Assembly (NCBI GenBank): GCA_963784375.1
Contig: CAWAQY010000005.1
Location: 11,896 to 75,895 of the forward strand
DNA length: 64,000 nucleotides
Origin: an uncultured Chloroflexia bacterium
GTDB lineage: Bacteria > Chloroflexota > Dehalococcoidia > GIF9 > UBA5629
Reading direction: 5' to 3'
Within the stretch, counting starts at the first letter, position 1. Every line of letters starts with the position of its first letter. Below the pieces are notes generated by a model. That model saw only the letters and a list, made by a program, of their open reading frames with translations, made no database searches and was not told the origin of the DNA. The position numbers were made by a program, and so were the translations under genes. Of this stretch, positions 18,568 to 29,643 are shown piece by piece.

Positions 18568-19025
18568 TTTTTAAACCCATAATCAAGGTAAATAGCGAGC
18601 ACAATCACTCCAATGCTGATAGAAGAATCGGCAATATTAAAAGCAGGCCAATACACGTCCCCCCAGAGCCTGACATAAATAAAATCTGTAACATGACCAA
18701 TGAGAATACGGTCGATCAGGTTACCTAGAGCACCTCCAAAAACTAAACCCAATGCGACACTACTCAGAATGCTGGTTCTTGGAAGGTAACGGAAAAAAAA
18801 TAAAATTACTACCAACCCTACAATAGCGATAAAAGTGAGTAAAAATGCTTTGTCTGTAAACAACCCGAATGCTGCACCGGTATTTCCAATATGGGTAATA
18901 ATGAGAGGACCGATTTCAGGTAGCGATTCTCCGGGTAATAGATTTGTCCTTATCCATGACTTAGTAATTTGATCAGCAGCGACTACAATAACAGCAATAA
19001 GCAGAAAGGCCCATTTTTTCCACAC
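18441..19025 (-). CDS. lspA: Lipoprotein signal peptidase II
   Basis: Contains NTGAAFG, GGALGNLIDR and FNIADSSISIG. The 3' tail overlaps rluD by 127 nt and may be an artefact of an indel in an A6 run near 18560. Confidence 0.85.
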   Translation of the reverse strand: MWKKWAFLLIAVIVVAADQITKSWIRTNLLPGESLPEIGPLIITHIGNTGAAFGLFTDKAFLLTFIAIVGLVVILFFFRYLPRTSILSSVALGLVFGGALGNLIDRILIGHVTDFIYVRLWGDVYWPAFNIADSSISIGVIVLAIYLDYGFKKWRRTYLLNYQLKPSRLQKLQRGWINIWPRDTLIHQDLILKK

Positions 19026-19026
19026 G

Positions 19027-19401
19027 TTACCTTGTAGACCTGCTCCTGCTGCTTTTATCCTGGGTTGTCTTACAATTTAAGCACAAACACGCATGTGGTA
19101 ACGCTTCAAGTCTGGCTGCCTCTATTGGTTTGCGGCATTGGTCACAAGTCCCGTATGTTCCGGCCTGGTATTTTTGAATAGCACGATCAATATTGCTAAG
19201 TGAATCTGTCAATTGTTTTTCCAATGCTATTCTTTTTTCAAATTCCATTGCTTCGGTAGCCTCTTCCTCTCTTTTACCAAAAGGACTACCCTCTCGCCTT
19301 TCGTCAGAAGGTTTGATTTCTACTTCAAACCCTTCCAACTCTTTTTTCAGGCGTTCTCGTTCTTTTATAAGACGATTGTATGCTTCTTCAAAATCAGCCA
19401 T
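19027..19401 (-). CDS. DksA/TraR-family C4 zinc-finger protein
   Basis: A coiled-coil N-terminus plus CDQCRKPIEAARLEALPHACLCLNC. Confidence 0.75.
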   Translation of the reverse strand: MADFEEAYNRLIKERERLKKELEGFEVEIKPSDERREGSPFGKREEEATEAMEFEKRIALEKQLTDSLSNIDRAIQKYQAGTYGTCDQCRKPIEAARLEALPHACLCLNCKTTQDKSSRSRSTR

Positions 19402-19590
19402 TTTAACTGTATCCCGTGGCTGCTATTCTAACGCAAGGAAAATGGGAAAGCAAGCTAAATAAGTATACCTCCCGGAAGCTTTCGACACATCAGGGAAGCG
19501 ATAAAAGCTATGTGGTCGGTTATTCACAGCACTCTATGTTGCTTAAACCCACTCTAATGTGCTACATTGTAAGTAATAAAGGTGGATAGA

Positions 19591-19869
19591 ATGAAAGACC
19601 CAAATCGATCTTACAGTCAAATTAAGAAAGACCAGTTGGGAAGAGAGAGCGACTTGCTCAACAATATCATGGGCAGCGGTGACGAATTAAAGGCGCTGGC
19701 GGGGTTTGAAGATGACCTGGGGGCCAGGCGAAATGAGATTCTATTTAAAGTGCAGGTGGAGATGGAAGATACCCAGAATGCCTTAAAAGAAGCCGAGCAA
19801 CTGGTTGATCGCCTCAAAAAGCATCTTGGTCAATTAGAGGGCATGCACCGTATTCTTACCAAAAAGTAG
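19591..19869 (+). CDS. Hypothetical coiled-coil protein
   Basis: ATG at 19591 follows AAGGTGGA. The ORF is helical and charged, with no recognisable family. Confidence 0.4.
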   Translation: MKDPNRSYSQIKKDQLGRESDLLNNIMGSGDELKALAGFEDDLGARRNEILFKVQVEMEDTQNALKEAEQLVDRLKKHLGQLEGMHRILTKK

Positions 19870-19991
19870 GTGTTAACGCGATCGCGTTACATATCTTCGT
19901 GTCCTCACATTATAAAAGTGCCGTTGTTTTAATCTGGGAATTATTTACCCCAATAATATTTGTTTTTCATAACCTCAAAAAGGTGTAAGTA

Positions 19992-20493
19992 ATGGAGCCA
20001 GAATTAAAAAAAAGGCCAGATGAATTCGCCTTAGAATATGCCGGCTTCTGGATCAGATTCGGCGCAACGATAATTGATTTCATTATTTTGCTCGATAATT
20101 TTGTATACAGTCAGTTATGCAGCTATTAAGCCTGCATCCGGTGGAATCTTTGAATGGTCTCTGCTCCCCATATATAGCTGTATATTTTGGTCACTTGATA
20201 TTATTTACTTTGTAGTATTCTGGACATGGCGCGGACAAACTCCAGGAAAGATAGTGACAGGAATAAAAATAATTCGGACAGATAGCTCTCCGATCACGTG
20301 GCGATATGCCCTGTTACGTTACCTGGGCTGCATTGTCTCCACTGTTATCCTTTTTATCGGATTCATCTTGATTGCTTTTGACAGCCGTAAGCAAGGATTA
20401 CATGATAAAATTGCCGATACATACGTAGTGAAGTTACCGGTAAGGCAGGTGGAGTTCAGCTCTGAATATTTAGCCGATGGGAAAATTGGTTAA
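19992..20493 (+). CDS. RDD-family membrane protein, frame break ~20085-20095
   Basis: ATG 19992 gives MEPELKKRPDEFALEYAGFWIRFGATIIDFIILL, a typical RDD N-terminus. It joins ORF 20074..20493 (..WRGQTPGKIVTGIKII..GLHDKIADTYVV). Confidence 0.65.
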
Positions 20494-20500
20494 CCCTGAT

Positions 20501-21937
20501 ATGAAAGTTAGAGTTCGTTTCGCGCCCAGCCCGACGGGATATCCCCACTTGGGCAATATCAGGACCGCTCTGTTTAATTGGCTTTTCGCCCGTCATAACC
20601 ACGGCACTTTTATACTGCGTATTGAAGATACAGATGTCGCCCGTCGAGTGGAAGGGGCAGTGGAAATGATTATGGACAGTTTAAGCTGGCTCGGGCTCGA
20701 CCTTGATGAAGGACCTTATTTTCAATCACAAAGGCTGGAACACTATCATAAGATTGCAGATCAACTGGTGAAACGCGATGCCGCTTATCTGTGTTATTGT
20801 TCGCCGCAGCGTTTGGATGCGCTACGGCAGGAGCAAACGAAAAATAAACAACCGCCAGGTTATGATCGTCACTGTCGGAATCTTTCTTCAGAAAAGAAAA
20901 GTGAAATGGAAGCAAGCGGTATTACGCCTGTGGTCCGTTTCAAGTCACCGCTGGAAGGTCAAACCTGTTTTAATGATATGATACGCGGCGATATCATTTT
21001 TGAAAACAGCACTCTCGACGACTTTGTTCTGCTCAAATCAGATGGCTATCCTACCTACCATCTGGCAAACATAGTCGATGATCATATGATGGAAATTTCA
21101 CACGTTCTGAGGGCGGATGAATGGCTATCGAGCACACCGCGCCATGTCCTTTTATACCAGGCTCTGGACTGGCAACCGCCGAAATTTGCCCATCTCCCCA
21201 TGATATTGGGACCTGACCGCTCAAAACTCAGCAAACGCCACGGAGCTACCTCTATTAATGAATATAAAGAGCAGGGTTATCTGGTAGAAACTATGCTCAA
21301 CTTCCTGGCATTGCTGGGTTGGTCATTAGATGACAAGACTGAACTTCTTTCAATCCAGGAAATAATCCAGCACTTCTCTCTAGAACGGGTAAGTAAAACT
21401 GCAGCCGTTTTCAACAAGGACAAACTTGACTGGATGAATGGTGTCTATATTCGAAAGCTTAGCCCGGATGAGTTTGCGACGCAAGCAATTCCTTTCCTTG
21501 AAAAAAATCTACCTGCTTCAGCCAAACGACCGATTGATGCTTTTTACCTGCGTCATATCGTACCTCTTATTCAGGACAGGGCTAAAACGTTACTCGAAAT
21601 ATCGCAATTAATCGATTTTTTCTTCATTGAAGATCTCGAATACGATACTGACTTGCTTTTAACTAAATTGGATAAATCACTGACATTGCAGACTCTCAAA
21701 GTTGCGCTTTCCCGGCTGGAGGAGTTAACGGCCTGGACCACAGAGGCGATGGAGTTACTTATGCGCCCTCTCGCCGAAGAGCTTGGTCTTAAAACTGGAG
21801 TTTTCTTCGGATTGTTGCGTGTAGCAATTACCGGGAGAACGGTATCACCACCACTATTTCAAACGATGGAAGTACTTGGCAAAGATGGCTGTTTAAAACG
21901 GCTCAGATCTGCCTTGAATAAACTCTCGGATTCCTAA
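20501..21937 (+). CDS. gltX: Glutamyl-tRNA synthetase
   Basis: Contains RFAPSPTGYPHLGNIRTA (HIGH-type) and KLSKRHG (KMSKS-type). Length is ~478 aa. Confidence 0.9.
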   Translation: MKVRVRFAPSPTGYPHLGNIRTALFNWLFARHNHGTFILRIEDTDVARRVEGAVEMIMDSLSWLGLDLDEGPYFQSQRLEHYHKIADQLVKRDAAYLCYCSPQRLDALRQEQTKNKQPPGYDRHCRNLSSEKKSEMEASGITPVVRFKSPLEGQTCFNDMIRGDIIFENSTLDDFVLLKSDGYPTYHLANIVDDHMMEISHVLRADEWLSSTPRHVLLYQALDWQPPKFAHLPMILGPDRSKLSKRHGATSINEYKEQGYLVETMLNFLALLGWSLDDKTELLSIQEIIQHFSLERVSKTAAVFNKDKLDWMNGVYIRKLSPDEFATQAIPFLEKNLPASAKRPIDAFYLRHIVPLIQDRAKTLLEISQLIDFFFIEDLEYDTDLLLTKLDKSLTLQTLKVALSRLEELTAWTTEAMELLMRPLAEELGLKTGVFFGLLRVAITGRTVSPPLFQTMEVLGKDGCLKRLRSALNKLSDS

Positions 21938-21954
21938 AAACGCACGTTTTGTTT

Positions 21955-21975
21955 CACTGGGAACGATTCCCAGTG
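21955..21975. other. Intergenic 8-bp stem-loop between convergent gltX and mutM
   Basis: CACTGGGA-acgat-TCCCAGTG. The flanking T-run lies 5' of the stem on the + strand, so it is not a canonical intrinsic terminator. Confidence 0.3.
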
Positions 21976-21979
21976 TACT

Positions 21980-22792
21980 TTACTCCAATTTTTGGCAGAC
22001 CGGGCAGAAGTAGGTGCCCCGATTTCGGACTACAATCCTCTTAATAGGAGAACCACAGACCGAGCAGGAACTATTTTTTCGGTGAGCAACTTTAAATTCA
22101 TCGTGTGCAGTACCTGAATCACCCCCGGGCCGGATATAAGTATCTATACTGGCACCCTTGTTATCAATAGCTAGCTTCAATACACTGACAATCGATGTAT
22201 GCAGCTTTTGCAATTCGCGACGTGATAAATCCCCTGCTTTCTTTAATGGATGAATCTTAGCCGCATACAAAGCCTCATCGGCATACATATTACCAATCCC
22301 GGCAACAACAGCCTGGTCCAATAAAATAGCTTTTATGGGTGCTTTACGCTTGTAGAGTTGTTGAGTAAGTATTCCCGTAGTAAATTCTGGCTTTAAAGGT
22401 TCAGGGCCGAGCTTATCTGCTATTGCCTTATCATCTTGTGCCAGCCACATGACTCCCAAGCGCCTCCTGTCTGAGAACACTAACCTGCTGTCATCGTCAA
22501 GGTTAAAAACCACCCTGACAAAATGATCATCTTGTTCGGGGTTAAGCAGTAATGCACCAGTCATTCTAAGATGAATGATCAAGACGCCACTTCGAGATAA
22601 ACGGAAGATAAGGTATTTTCCCCGACGGTCCAAACCGTTTATCTTCTGTCCCCTGAGTTTATCAGAGAACTCCTTAGAGGAAGGCCGGAGTACCGGTTTC
22701 GGATCGTAGATATCCACGGAGCTAAATCGCCGCCCTATGACATGGGGCGCAAGTTCATTCTTTATCGTTTCTACTTCAGGAAGCTCCGGCAT
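21980..22792 (-). CDS. mutM: Formamidopyrimidine-DNA glycosylase
   Basis: N-terminal MPELPEVE and a C-terminal zinc finger CSVCGSPI...YFCPVCQ. Confidence 0.9.
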   Translation of the reverse strand: MPELPEVETIKNELAPHVIGRRFSSVDIYDPKPVLRPSSKEFSDKLRGQKINGLDRRGKYLIFRLSRSGVLIIHLRMTGALLLNPEQDDHFVRVVFNLDDDSRLVFSDRRRLGVMWLAQDDKAIADKLGPEPLKPEFTTGILTQQLYKRKAPIKAILLDQAVVAGIGNMYADEALYAAKIHPLKKAGDLSRRELQKLHTSIVSVLKLAIDNKGASIDTYIRPGGDSGTAHDEFKVAHRKNSSCSVCGSPIKRIVVRNRGTYFCPVCQKLE

Positions 22793-22793
22793 G

Positions 22794-25518
22794 CTATTCC
22801 ATTTCCCCCCAGTTCTTGCCCACTTTAATTTCTATTTTCAAAGGCACACTTATTTTCAATGCGCTGGGCATTAATTCAGCGACCAATTGTTTCATCATTT
22901 CAATCTCATCGGGATGCACTTCAAATACAAGTTCATCATGAACCTGTAAAATCATCTTACTTTTCAAATTTCGCTTGTTCATCTCACGATAAATATTGAT
23001 CATTGCAATTTTGATTATGTCGGCCGAAGTACCCTGGACAGGCATATTTATCGCCATTCTCTCCGCTCCTTCCCTGAGCTGCCGATTCGATGAGTTTATT
23101 TCAGGAATGTAGCGCCGTCTGCCCAGCACTGTTTGCACATAGCCTTGCTCTCTTGCTTGCCGCTTGGTGTCCTCAATGTAATCCCGAACCTTAGGATATT
23201 TATCGAAATAGGCGGTAATAAACTGTGCTGCCTCTTCCCGACTAAAACTAGTTGCTTGCTCTAATCCATAATCACTCATTCCATAGATAACGCCAAAATT
23301 CACTGTCTTTGCCACACGGCGCATCTCTGAAGTAATATCACCTGCAGGTGTATTGAAAACCCTTGAGGCAGTAGCGGTATGAACATCTTCATCCCGCAAA
23401 AAAGTTGCTTTCAGTTCCGGATCTTGTGAAATATGTGCCAGCGCCCTGAGGTCAATCTGTGAATAATCGGCGGAAAGCAGGTTCCAACCAGGCTGGGCGA
23501 TAATGGCTTGCCTAATCTTTCCACCCAGTTCCCCTCGTATCGGTATATTTTGAAGATTCGGCTCGCTGGAAGAAAGCCGCCCGGTGGTCGTTCCGGTTTG
23601 GTTGAAGCTTGTGTGAATTCTGCCTGTCCTCGGGTTAATCATGGAAAGAAAGGCATCAAGATATGTCGATTTCAATTTGGCAAGCTGGCGGTATTGCAAG
23701 ATCAGATCTATTATAGGATGCGCACCTTTCAATTCTTCCAGAATAGAGGCATCGGTGGAATAACCGCTTTTGGTTTTACGGGATCGAGCTAAATTCAATT
23801 CATCGAAAAGAATTATCGATAGCTGCTGCGGAGAGTTGATATTGAATTCGTGCCCCACGCTGCCGTAGATATCCTTTTCGATTCGGGACATATCCTCGCC
23901 AAAATTTGTGGACATAGTGCGCAGCAACTCAGTATCCAGCGCTACGCCAGTTCTTTCCATATCAACCAGAATTGAAACCAATGGCATCTCGATTTCGCTA
24001 AATAGTTGCCATAACCCTTGTTTGCGCTAGTTCCGGTGCAAACATCGTCTTCAGCCTTAACGTCACGTCAGCATCAGCACAGGCATAATTGGCAACTTTC
24101 TCTATATCCACAAGTGCCATCGAAATTTGCTTTGCCCCTTTACCGATTAAATCTTCAATTGCCGTCATTTCAATACCCAGTTTATTAAATGCCAGTGCTT
24201 TCAGTAGCAGGGGCTTTTCTCCCAAAAGATGTGCAGCTATTACAGTATCGAAACCTAAATTCTGCAGTTGTATTCCTTGTCCTGCAAGTACTGCCAGGTC
24301 AAATTTGCCATTGTGAACTACCTTACTCAATTTTATATCCTCAAGGAGGGGCTTTAATTTGTTAATAACGTGAGCGAAAGGCAACTGACCAATTGAACTC
24401 AAGATCCGATGCCCAGTGGGAATATAAAAAGCTTCTTTCTGTCTTGATGATATGGAAATGCCCACAATTTCTGCAGCCATGACATCAACTGTCGTTGTTT
24501 CCAGGTCAACTGCAAATTCGCTGTCTTCCATCAATTGTTTAATCAGCCTATCCAATTCATCGTCACTATTGATAATTCGGTAGACTCCCGTTAGCTCATG
24601 TTTGTCTACCGGAGAACTCTCGCTATAAAGCATATCTCCGGGCAAAGTAGAGAGGAGATGTGCAAATTCGAGCTCCCGGAAAAGCTCTACTACCTGGTTG
24701 CGATCATAAGCACTCACTTTGCAATTCTCCAGATTAAAAATGATGGGCACATCGGTAACTATCGTTACCAGATCCCTATTCTGGTAAACCAGTTGCTTAT
24801 GCTCGCGTAGCAGAGCCTGCAGCCGGGGAGGAGTCACTTCTTCAATATGCGCATAAATACCGTCGAGGTTTTTGAACTGCTGTAACAGCTTCATTGCAGT
24901 CTTATCGCCCACTCCCGGAATTCCGCGGATATTATCTGAGGGATCACCAACTAACGCCTTCAAATCAATCAGTTCCTTTGGTTTAATGCCATATTTTTTT
25001 TGTACTTCTAACTCATCAAATATGGTTGTATCATTAAAACTTCTTTTCGGCGTCATCACTTTGACTAATGGCGATATTATTTGAAGCATGTCATTATCGC
25101 CAGTTACTATGAGTGTATCAATCCCTTGCTCACTAGCCTTCTTACTTAACGTCCCCAAAATATCATCAGCTTCGTATCCGTCAATCTCGAAAGCAGGAAG
25201 ATTAAATGCGGCTGCAAGATGATGAACCCGCTCAATCTGTGAAATCAATTCTCGAGGAGTCGGCGGCCGCTGTTTTTTGTAGTCGGCGTATTTTTCATGC
25301 CGGAACGTTGGTGCGGGGCGGTCAAAGGCGATTGCCCAGTAGGTTGGTTTGTTTTCCCTGAGCAGCTTCAGGAGTGTAGAAGCAAAACCTCTGACTGCAT
25401 TTACCATTTCTCCGGTTTTAGCCACCGACAAAGGTGGTAAAGCATGAAATGCTCGATGCACCAGGGCATTACCGTCAAATAACAGGAGGAGTGGCTTGTT
25501 CGCTTGGTTTGTTGTCAA
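22794..25518 (-). CDS. polA: DNA polymerase I (5'-nuclease, 3'-5' exo-like and polymerase domains), one frame break ~24015-24027
   Basis: ORFs 23998..25803 and 22794..23987 join as ..PELAQ-KQGLWQLFSEIEMPLVSILVDMERTG.. after a 1-nt shift. Pol motifs SADYSQIDLRALAH and QVHDELVFE are present. The start is uncertain (TTG 25518 or 25530). The ORF-track extension to 25803 overlaps argF and is spurious. Confidence 0.9.
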
Positions 25519-25624
25519 TCTCCACCCCAAATCAAATTCATTTGCTACAAACCGGGCATGTTCATTATATACTATATCTTGGAGTATGCTATACTGAAAA
25601 AACGCCTCGCCGGGGGGAGTCAGG

Positions 25625-26554
25625 ATGAAGACAAGAAATTTACTTTCTGTAGCTGATTTAACTATTGCTGAAACTGAAGAACTGATTAGCAAAGCGGTGG
25701 AAATGAAACACAACCGACCTCCGCGTTTATTGTCTAATAAAGTGCTGGCACTTCTCTTCGAAAAACCTTCTTTGCGCACCCGGGTTAGTTTTGAAGTCGC
25801 CATACAACAATTGGGCGGTTATTGCCTTTATTTATCCCCCAATGAAGTAGGATTGGGCAAACGAGAACCCGTATCCGATGTAGCCAGAGTACTCTGCCGC
25901 TATGTTGATGGCATTGTTTGCCGAACTTTTTCCCACCAGACATTACAGATATTCGCTGCGCACTCTACAATTCCGGTGATCAACGCATTGTCTGATTTTG
26001 AGCACCCCTGCCAGGCATTGGCAGATATACTCACAATATATGAGAAAAAGGGAGGGCTTCGCGGTGTGGAACTGGCTTACATCGGAGATGGAAACAACGT
26101 GGCTCACAGCTTGCTATTAGCTGCAGTAATAATGGGTGCTAACTTTAGAATTGCTTCTCCTAAAGGTTATGAAATAAATAATAAAGTGCTGGATATTGCC
26201 AGGCGATTGGCCAGAGATACCGGCAGCAAGATTATACAGACTACTGACCCGAGGCAGGCTGTAGAAAGTGCCGATGTAGTGTATACAGATGTCTGGACGA
26301 GCATGGGTCAGGAAGCAGAGTCCGAGCAACGGCGCCTCGCGTTCGCTGGTTATCAGGTTAATCCCGGATTATTATCCCTGGCGAAGAAAGATGTAATTTT
26401 TATGCACCCTTTGCCTGCCCACCAGGGAGAAGAGGTCGCTGAAGGTCTTCTCGACCACCCTAGTTCCGTCGTTTTTGATCAGGCTGAGAACAGGCTTCAT
26501 ATCCAACGAGCTTTGCTGTCTGAACTATTTAAAATGTCCGGACAGGCCAAATAA
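25625..26554 (+). CDS. argF: Ornithine carbamoyltransferase
   Basis: Contains SLRTRVSFE, HPCQALAD, DVWTSMG and HPLPA. Confidence 0.85.
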   Translation: MKTRNLLSVADLTIAETEELISKAVEMKHNRPPRLLSNKVLALLFEKPSLRTRVSFEVAIQQLGGYCLYLSPNEVGLGKREPVSDVARVLCRYVDGIVCRTFSHQTLQIFAAHSTIPVINALSDFEHPCQALADILTIYEKKGGLRGVELAYIGDGNNVAHSLLLAAVIMGANFRIASPKGYEINNKVLDIARRLARDTGSKIIQTTDPRQAVESADVVYTDVWTSMGQEAESEQRRLAFAGYQVNPGLLSLAKKDVIFMHPLPAHQGEEVAEGLLDHPSSVVFDQAENRLHIQRALLSELFKMSGQAK

Positions 26555-26612
26555 AAGCATTGTTAATTTAGGAGCCACCAATTAATATGATAATCCAGGG
26601 AAAATATTCGGC

Positions 26613-27968
26613 ATGAAACCTGTTGTTGCTATAGTCGGTAGGGTTAATGTCGGGAAGTCAACATTGTTCAATCGGCTCACAGGGAAACAAATATCGATTG
26701 TTCAGGACCTGCCGGGTACCACGAGGGATCGCATAGTTGCCGATACATCCTTGCTGGGACATGAGATTACTCTTATTGATACAGGTGGTTTGGAACCCGG
26801 TATCAACATACCTATGAATAAGAAAATCAAACAACAGGTAGATATAGCCATTTCGGAATCTGATGTAATTATCTTTCTTACAGACTGCAAGGCAGGAATT
26901 ACTGCTGCAGAAAGAGAAATTGCAGACACGCTCAGGAAAAGCAACAAACCGATAATTTTGGTTGTCAATAAGGCCGACAATTCCTCCTTAGAAATCCAGG
27001 CGAATGAGTTTCATCAACTGGGGCTTGGCTCCCCTGTGGTAATAAGTGCAATCCATGGTCGAGGTGTAAATGACCTTATTGATAAATTACTCGAGCTTAT
27101 TCCTGAATATATCCCTTCCGATATCATTACAAATGCGGAAATTCTCAAACTAGCTATCGTAGGACGCCCTAATGTTGGTAAATCTATGCTCCTCAATGCT
27201 ATTGTCAAAGAAGAGAGAGTAATAGTAGACAGTGTGGCAGGCACAACGCGCGAAGCTGTGGACACTCTTTTCAACTTTGAAGGAAAAGACTTCTTACTTA
27301 TTGATACCGCTGGTATAAAAAGACGCGGGCGGACAAGTGCGGGTGTCGAGTTTTACAGCCTGATGCGGTCTTTGAGGGCAATTAGTCGATGCGACATCGC
27401 CCTTCTTGTGATAGACGCTGCCGAATTCATTACGACGCAGGACGTTCATATCGCGGGGTACATTAAAGACGCCTATAAAGGCATGAGCATAATTGTCAAT
27501 AAATGGGACCTGATTCATGAAGTAAGGCAAGAGGATTATGCAAGCCAGGTAAGACAAAAAGTTAAGTTTATTGATCACGTGCCCATCTTGTTTGCTTCCG
27601 CTAAACTCGGGCAGGGTATAGATAAAATTATACCAACTGCTATCGATATTTGGCATGAAAGGAGTAAACAACTGCCCGATACAGTTATTGATAAAGTCAT
27701 CAAACAAGCTTCCCAGAGCCAGCCTCCTTCGAGAAAAGGACTGCAAAGGTTAGAGATATTCCGAGCCTATCAGGAAGGGATCAATCCCCCCTCGTTTTTC
27801 TTTCTCGTAAACGACCCTAACCTTGTTCATTTTTCTTATCAACGGTATTTAGAAAATAAACTTCGCCAGACTTTCGGTTTTCACGGCACTTCACTACGTT
27901 TCCGCTTCATGAAAGCACCCAGAAGAAAAAGAGGAAAGGTAAGCGAAAGAACAAATGATAATCACTAA
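26613..27968 (+). CDS. der: Ribosome-associated GTPase Der/EngA (tandem GTPase domains plus KH-like)
   Basis: Two P-loops, GRVNVGKST and GRPNVGKSM, with DTGG/DTAG and NKAD/NKWD. Confidence 0.9.
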   Translation: MKPVVAIVGRVNVGKSTLFNRLTGKQISIVQDLPGTTRDRIVADTSLLGHEITLIDTGGLEPGINIPMNKKIKQQVDIAISESDVIIFLTDCKAGITAAEREIADTLRKSNKPIILVVNKADNSSLEIQANEFHQLGLGSPVVISAIHGRGVNDLIDKLLELIPEYIPSDIITNAEILKLAIVGRPNVGKSMLLNAIVKEERVIVDSVAGTTREAVDTLFNFEGKDFLLIDTAGIKRRGRTSAGVEFYSLMRSLRAISRCDIALLVIDAAEFITTQDVHIAGYIKDAYKGMSIIVNKWDLIHEVRQEDYASQVRQKVKFIDHVPILFASAKLGQGIDKIIPTAIDIWHERSKQLPDTVIDKVIKQASQSQPPSRKGLQRLEIFRAYQEGINPPSFFFLVNDPNLVHFSYQRYLENKLRQTFGFHGTSLRFRFMKAPRRKRGKVSERTNDNH

Positions 27969-28635
27969 ACTTATTATCATCGCCGTTGTCTCCTATCTAC
28001 TGGGAGCAATACCTTTCGCTCTCATTTTTGCTAAACTAATGGGCCGGGTTGACATCACCCAGCACGGCAGCGGCAATGTTGGCGGCACCAACGTTCTCCG
28101 CACAGTAGGCCCTAAGGCCGCAATTGTAGTGATTTTATTAGACCTGGGCAAAGCATTTCTGGCAGTCTCTCTTGCTGGTTTTATTACCATGGGCAGCGAA
28201 CTATCGATTATCGGGTTCACGATTAACTGGCAAGCTGCCCAGGTGCTTTCGGCTATTATGGTGATGGTTGGGCATAATTGGTCTGTTTACATTAAGTTTC
28301 GCGGTGGCAAAGGGGTCGCAGCCTACTTTGGCAGCTGGTTCGTAATGTCCATTCCGGCAGCATTATTTGGTGGTGTTATAGTAATTGTGACAACTTTGCT
28401 TACCAGGTTTGTCTCCATGGGCTCTATACTTGGCTCCCTGGGGATAATTATCCTGTTGATAATTCTGACTTTGACCAGTGGATCCCCACCTATCTATTTG
28501 TTGTACAGTGTCATATCAGTTATTATGATCGTTTATCAGCACCGGAAGAATATTGACAGGCTGCAAACGAGGACTGAACGTCGTTTCGATGAGAAAATAA
28601 AGTTAAAAAATTCAGAACCGACGAATATTAACTAG
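27955..28635 (+). CDS. plsY: Glycerol-3-phosphate acyltransferase PlsY
   Basis: Contains HGSGNVGGTNVLR and GGKGVA. The protein is polytopic. Confidence 0.9.
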   Translation: MIITKLIIIAVVSYLLGAIPFALIFAKLMGRVDITQHGSGNVGGTNVLRTVGPKAAIVVILLDLGKAFLAVSLAGFITMGSELSIIGFTINWQAAQVLSAIMVMVGHNWSVYIKFRGGKGVAAYFGSWFVMSIPAALFGGVIVIVTTLLTRFVSMGSILGSLGIIILLIILTLTSGSPPIYLLYSVISVIMIVYQHRKNIDRLQTRTERRFDEKIKLKNSEPTNIN

Positions 28636-28644
28636 GCAAATAGT

Positions 28645-29643
28645 ATGTCTATCGTTACTGTCATTGGAGCCACAACCTGGGGTAATACTATCGGCAGATT
28701 GCTGGCGAATAAAGGCCTGGAGGTAAATATCTGGACCAGGACAGAAGCGCGAGTTAAAGAACTCAGTAAAAGTTCACAGCAATATTCACCGAACACGGGG
28801 GCCACCGGTAAAATCTCATTTACCAGTCACAGCGATAAAGCTTTGAAGTCCGCGGAGTGTGTAATTTGGGCTGTACCCGCCCAGAGTCTCAGACAGACAA
28901 TTGGACAAGTAGGAAGTCACATGGCCAAGAATATGATTCATATTAGTTTGGCCAAAGGGTTGGAAGCAGGCACCGGAAAACGGATGTCCGAAGTGCTTTT
29001 AGACGAAATTACTTCAGCCGTATCCGGAAATATCTGCGTTTTATCTGGTCCCAACCTGTCCCAAGAAATTAATCGTGGCTTGCCTGCTACATCGGTGCTT
29101 GCTTCAACAAATGCCGATGTGGCAGAAAAAATGCGCCTGTTGTTTAGTTTGCCTAACTTTACTGTTTTCACAAGCAGCGATGTTGTTGGCGTAGAACTCT
29201 GCGGGGCATTGAAAAATGTCATCGCCGTTGGCGCAGGGATGGTAGATGGTTTGGGCCTCGGGGACAACGCTAAAGCCACGCTGATTACCTTTGGCTGGGC
29301 AGAGGTCGCCGCTCTGGGTGAAGCATTGGGAGGCCAGCCAGCTACATTTTATGGATTAGCCGGACTTGGCGATCTAATAGCTACATGTGCTGGCCCACAG
29401 AGCCGAAACCATTTTGTTGGTCGTGAGGTCGCTTCAGGTCGCTCGCTGGGTGAAGTAAGAGCGGCTATGTCCAATATTGCAGAAGGAATTGATACCACGG
29501 CAGCTGCGCACGGTTTAGCAGCCAGGTTAAAAATAAAAATACCCATCATCAACTTGATATATGGGGTACTATTTGAATCGCTCTTGCCGATCGAGATAAC
29601 AAATCGATTTAAGCAAGGTTTAAAACCACAGGAACCTGGTTAG
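28645..29643 (+). CDS. gpsA: NAD(P)H-dependent glycerol-3-phosphate dehydrogenase
   Basis: Contains [19 protein letters not shown] and NIAEGIDT. Confidence 0.9.
   Translation: MSIVTVIGATTWGNTIGRLLANKGLEVNIWTRTEARVKELSKSSQQYSPNTGATGKISFTSHSDKALKSAECVIWAVPAQSLRQTIGQVGSHMAKNMIHISLAKGLEAGTGKRMSEVLLDEITSAVSGNICVLSGPNLSQEINRGLPATSVLASTNADVAEKMRLLFSLPNFTVFTSSDVVGVELCGALKNVIAVGAGMVDGLGLGDNAKATLITFGWAEVAALGEALGGQPATFYGLAGLGDLIATCAGPQSRNHFVGREVASGRSLGEVRAAMSNIAEGIDTTAAAHGLAARLKIKIPIINLIYGVLFESLLPIEITNRFKQGLKPQEPG

Noticed and set aside
19874-19889. A perfect 16-bp palindrome TAACGCGATCGCGTTA containing GCGATCGC (HIP1-like), just after the stop of the 19591..19869 ORF.
   Set aside because: I found only a single occurrence in 64 kb, so it is not an iterated palindrome. 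It is probably just a small hairpin or restriction-type palindrome.
25531-25803. N-terminal ~90-aa extension of the polA ORF overlapping argF, and the similar 37-aa extension of dnaJ (30756..30866) overlapping the NUDIX gene.
   Set aside because: The conserved N-termini begin later (..KPLLLLFDGNALVHRAF; [13 protein letters not shown]). The extensions have no homology-like features and would overlap divergent genes.
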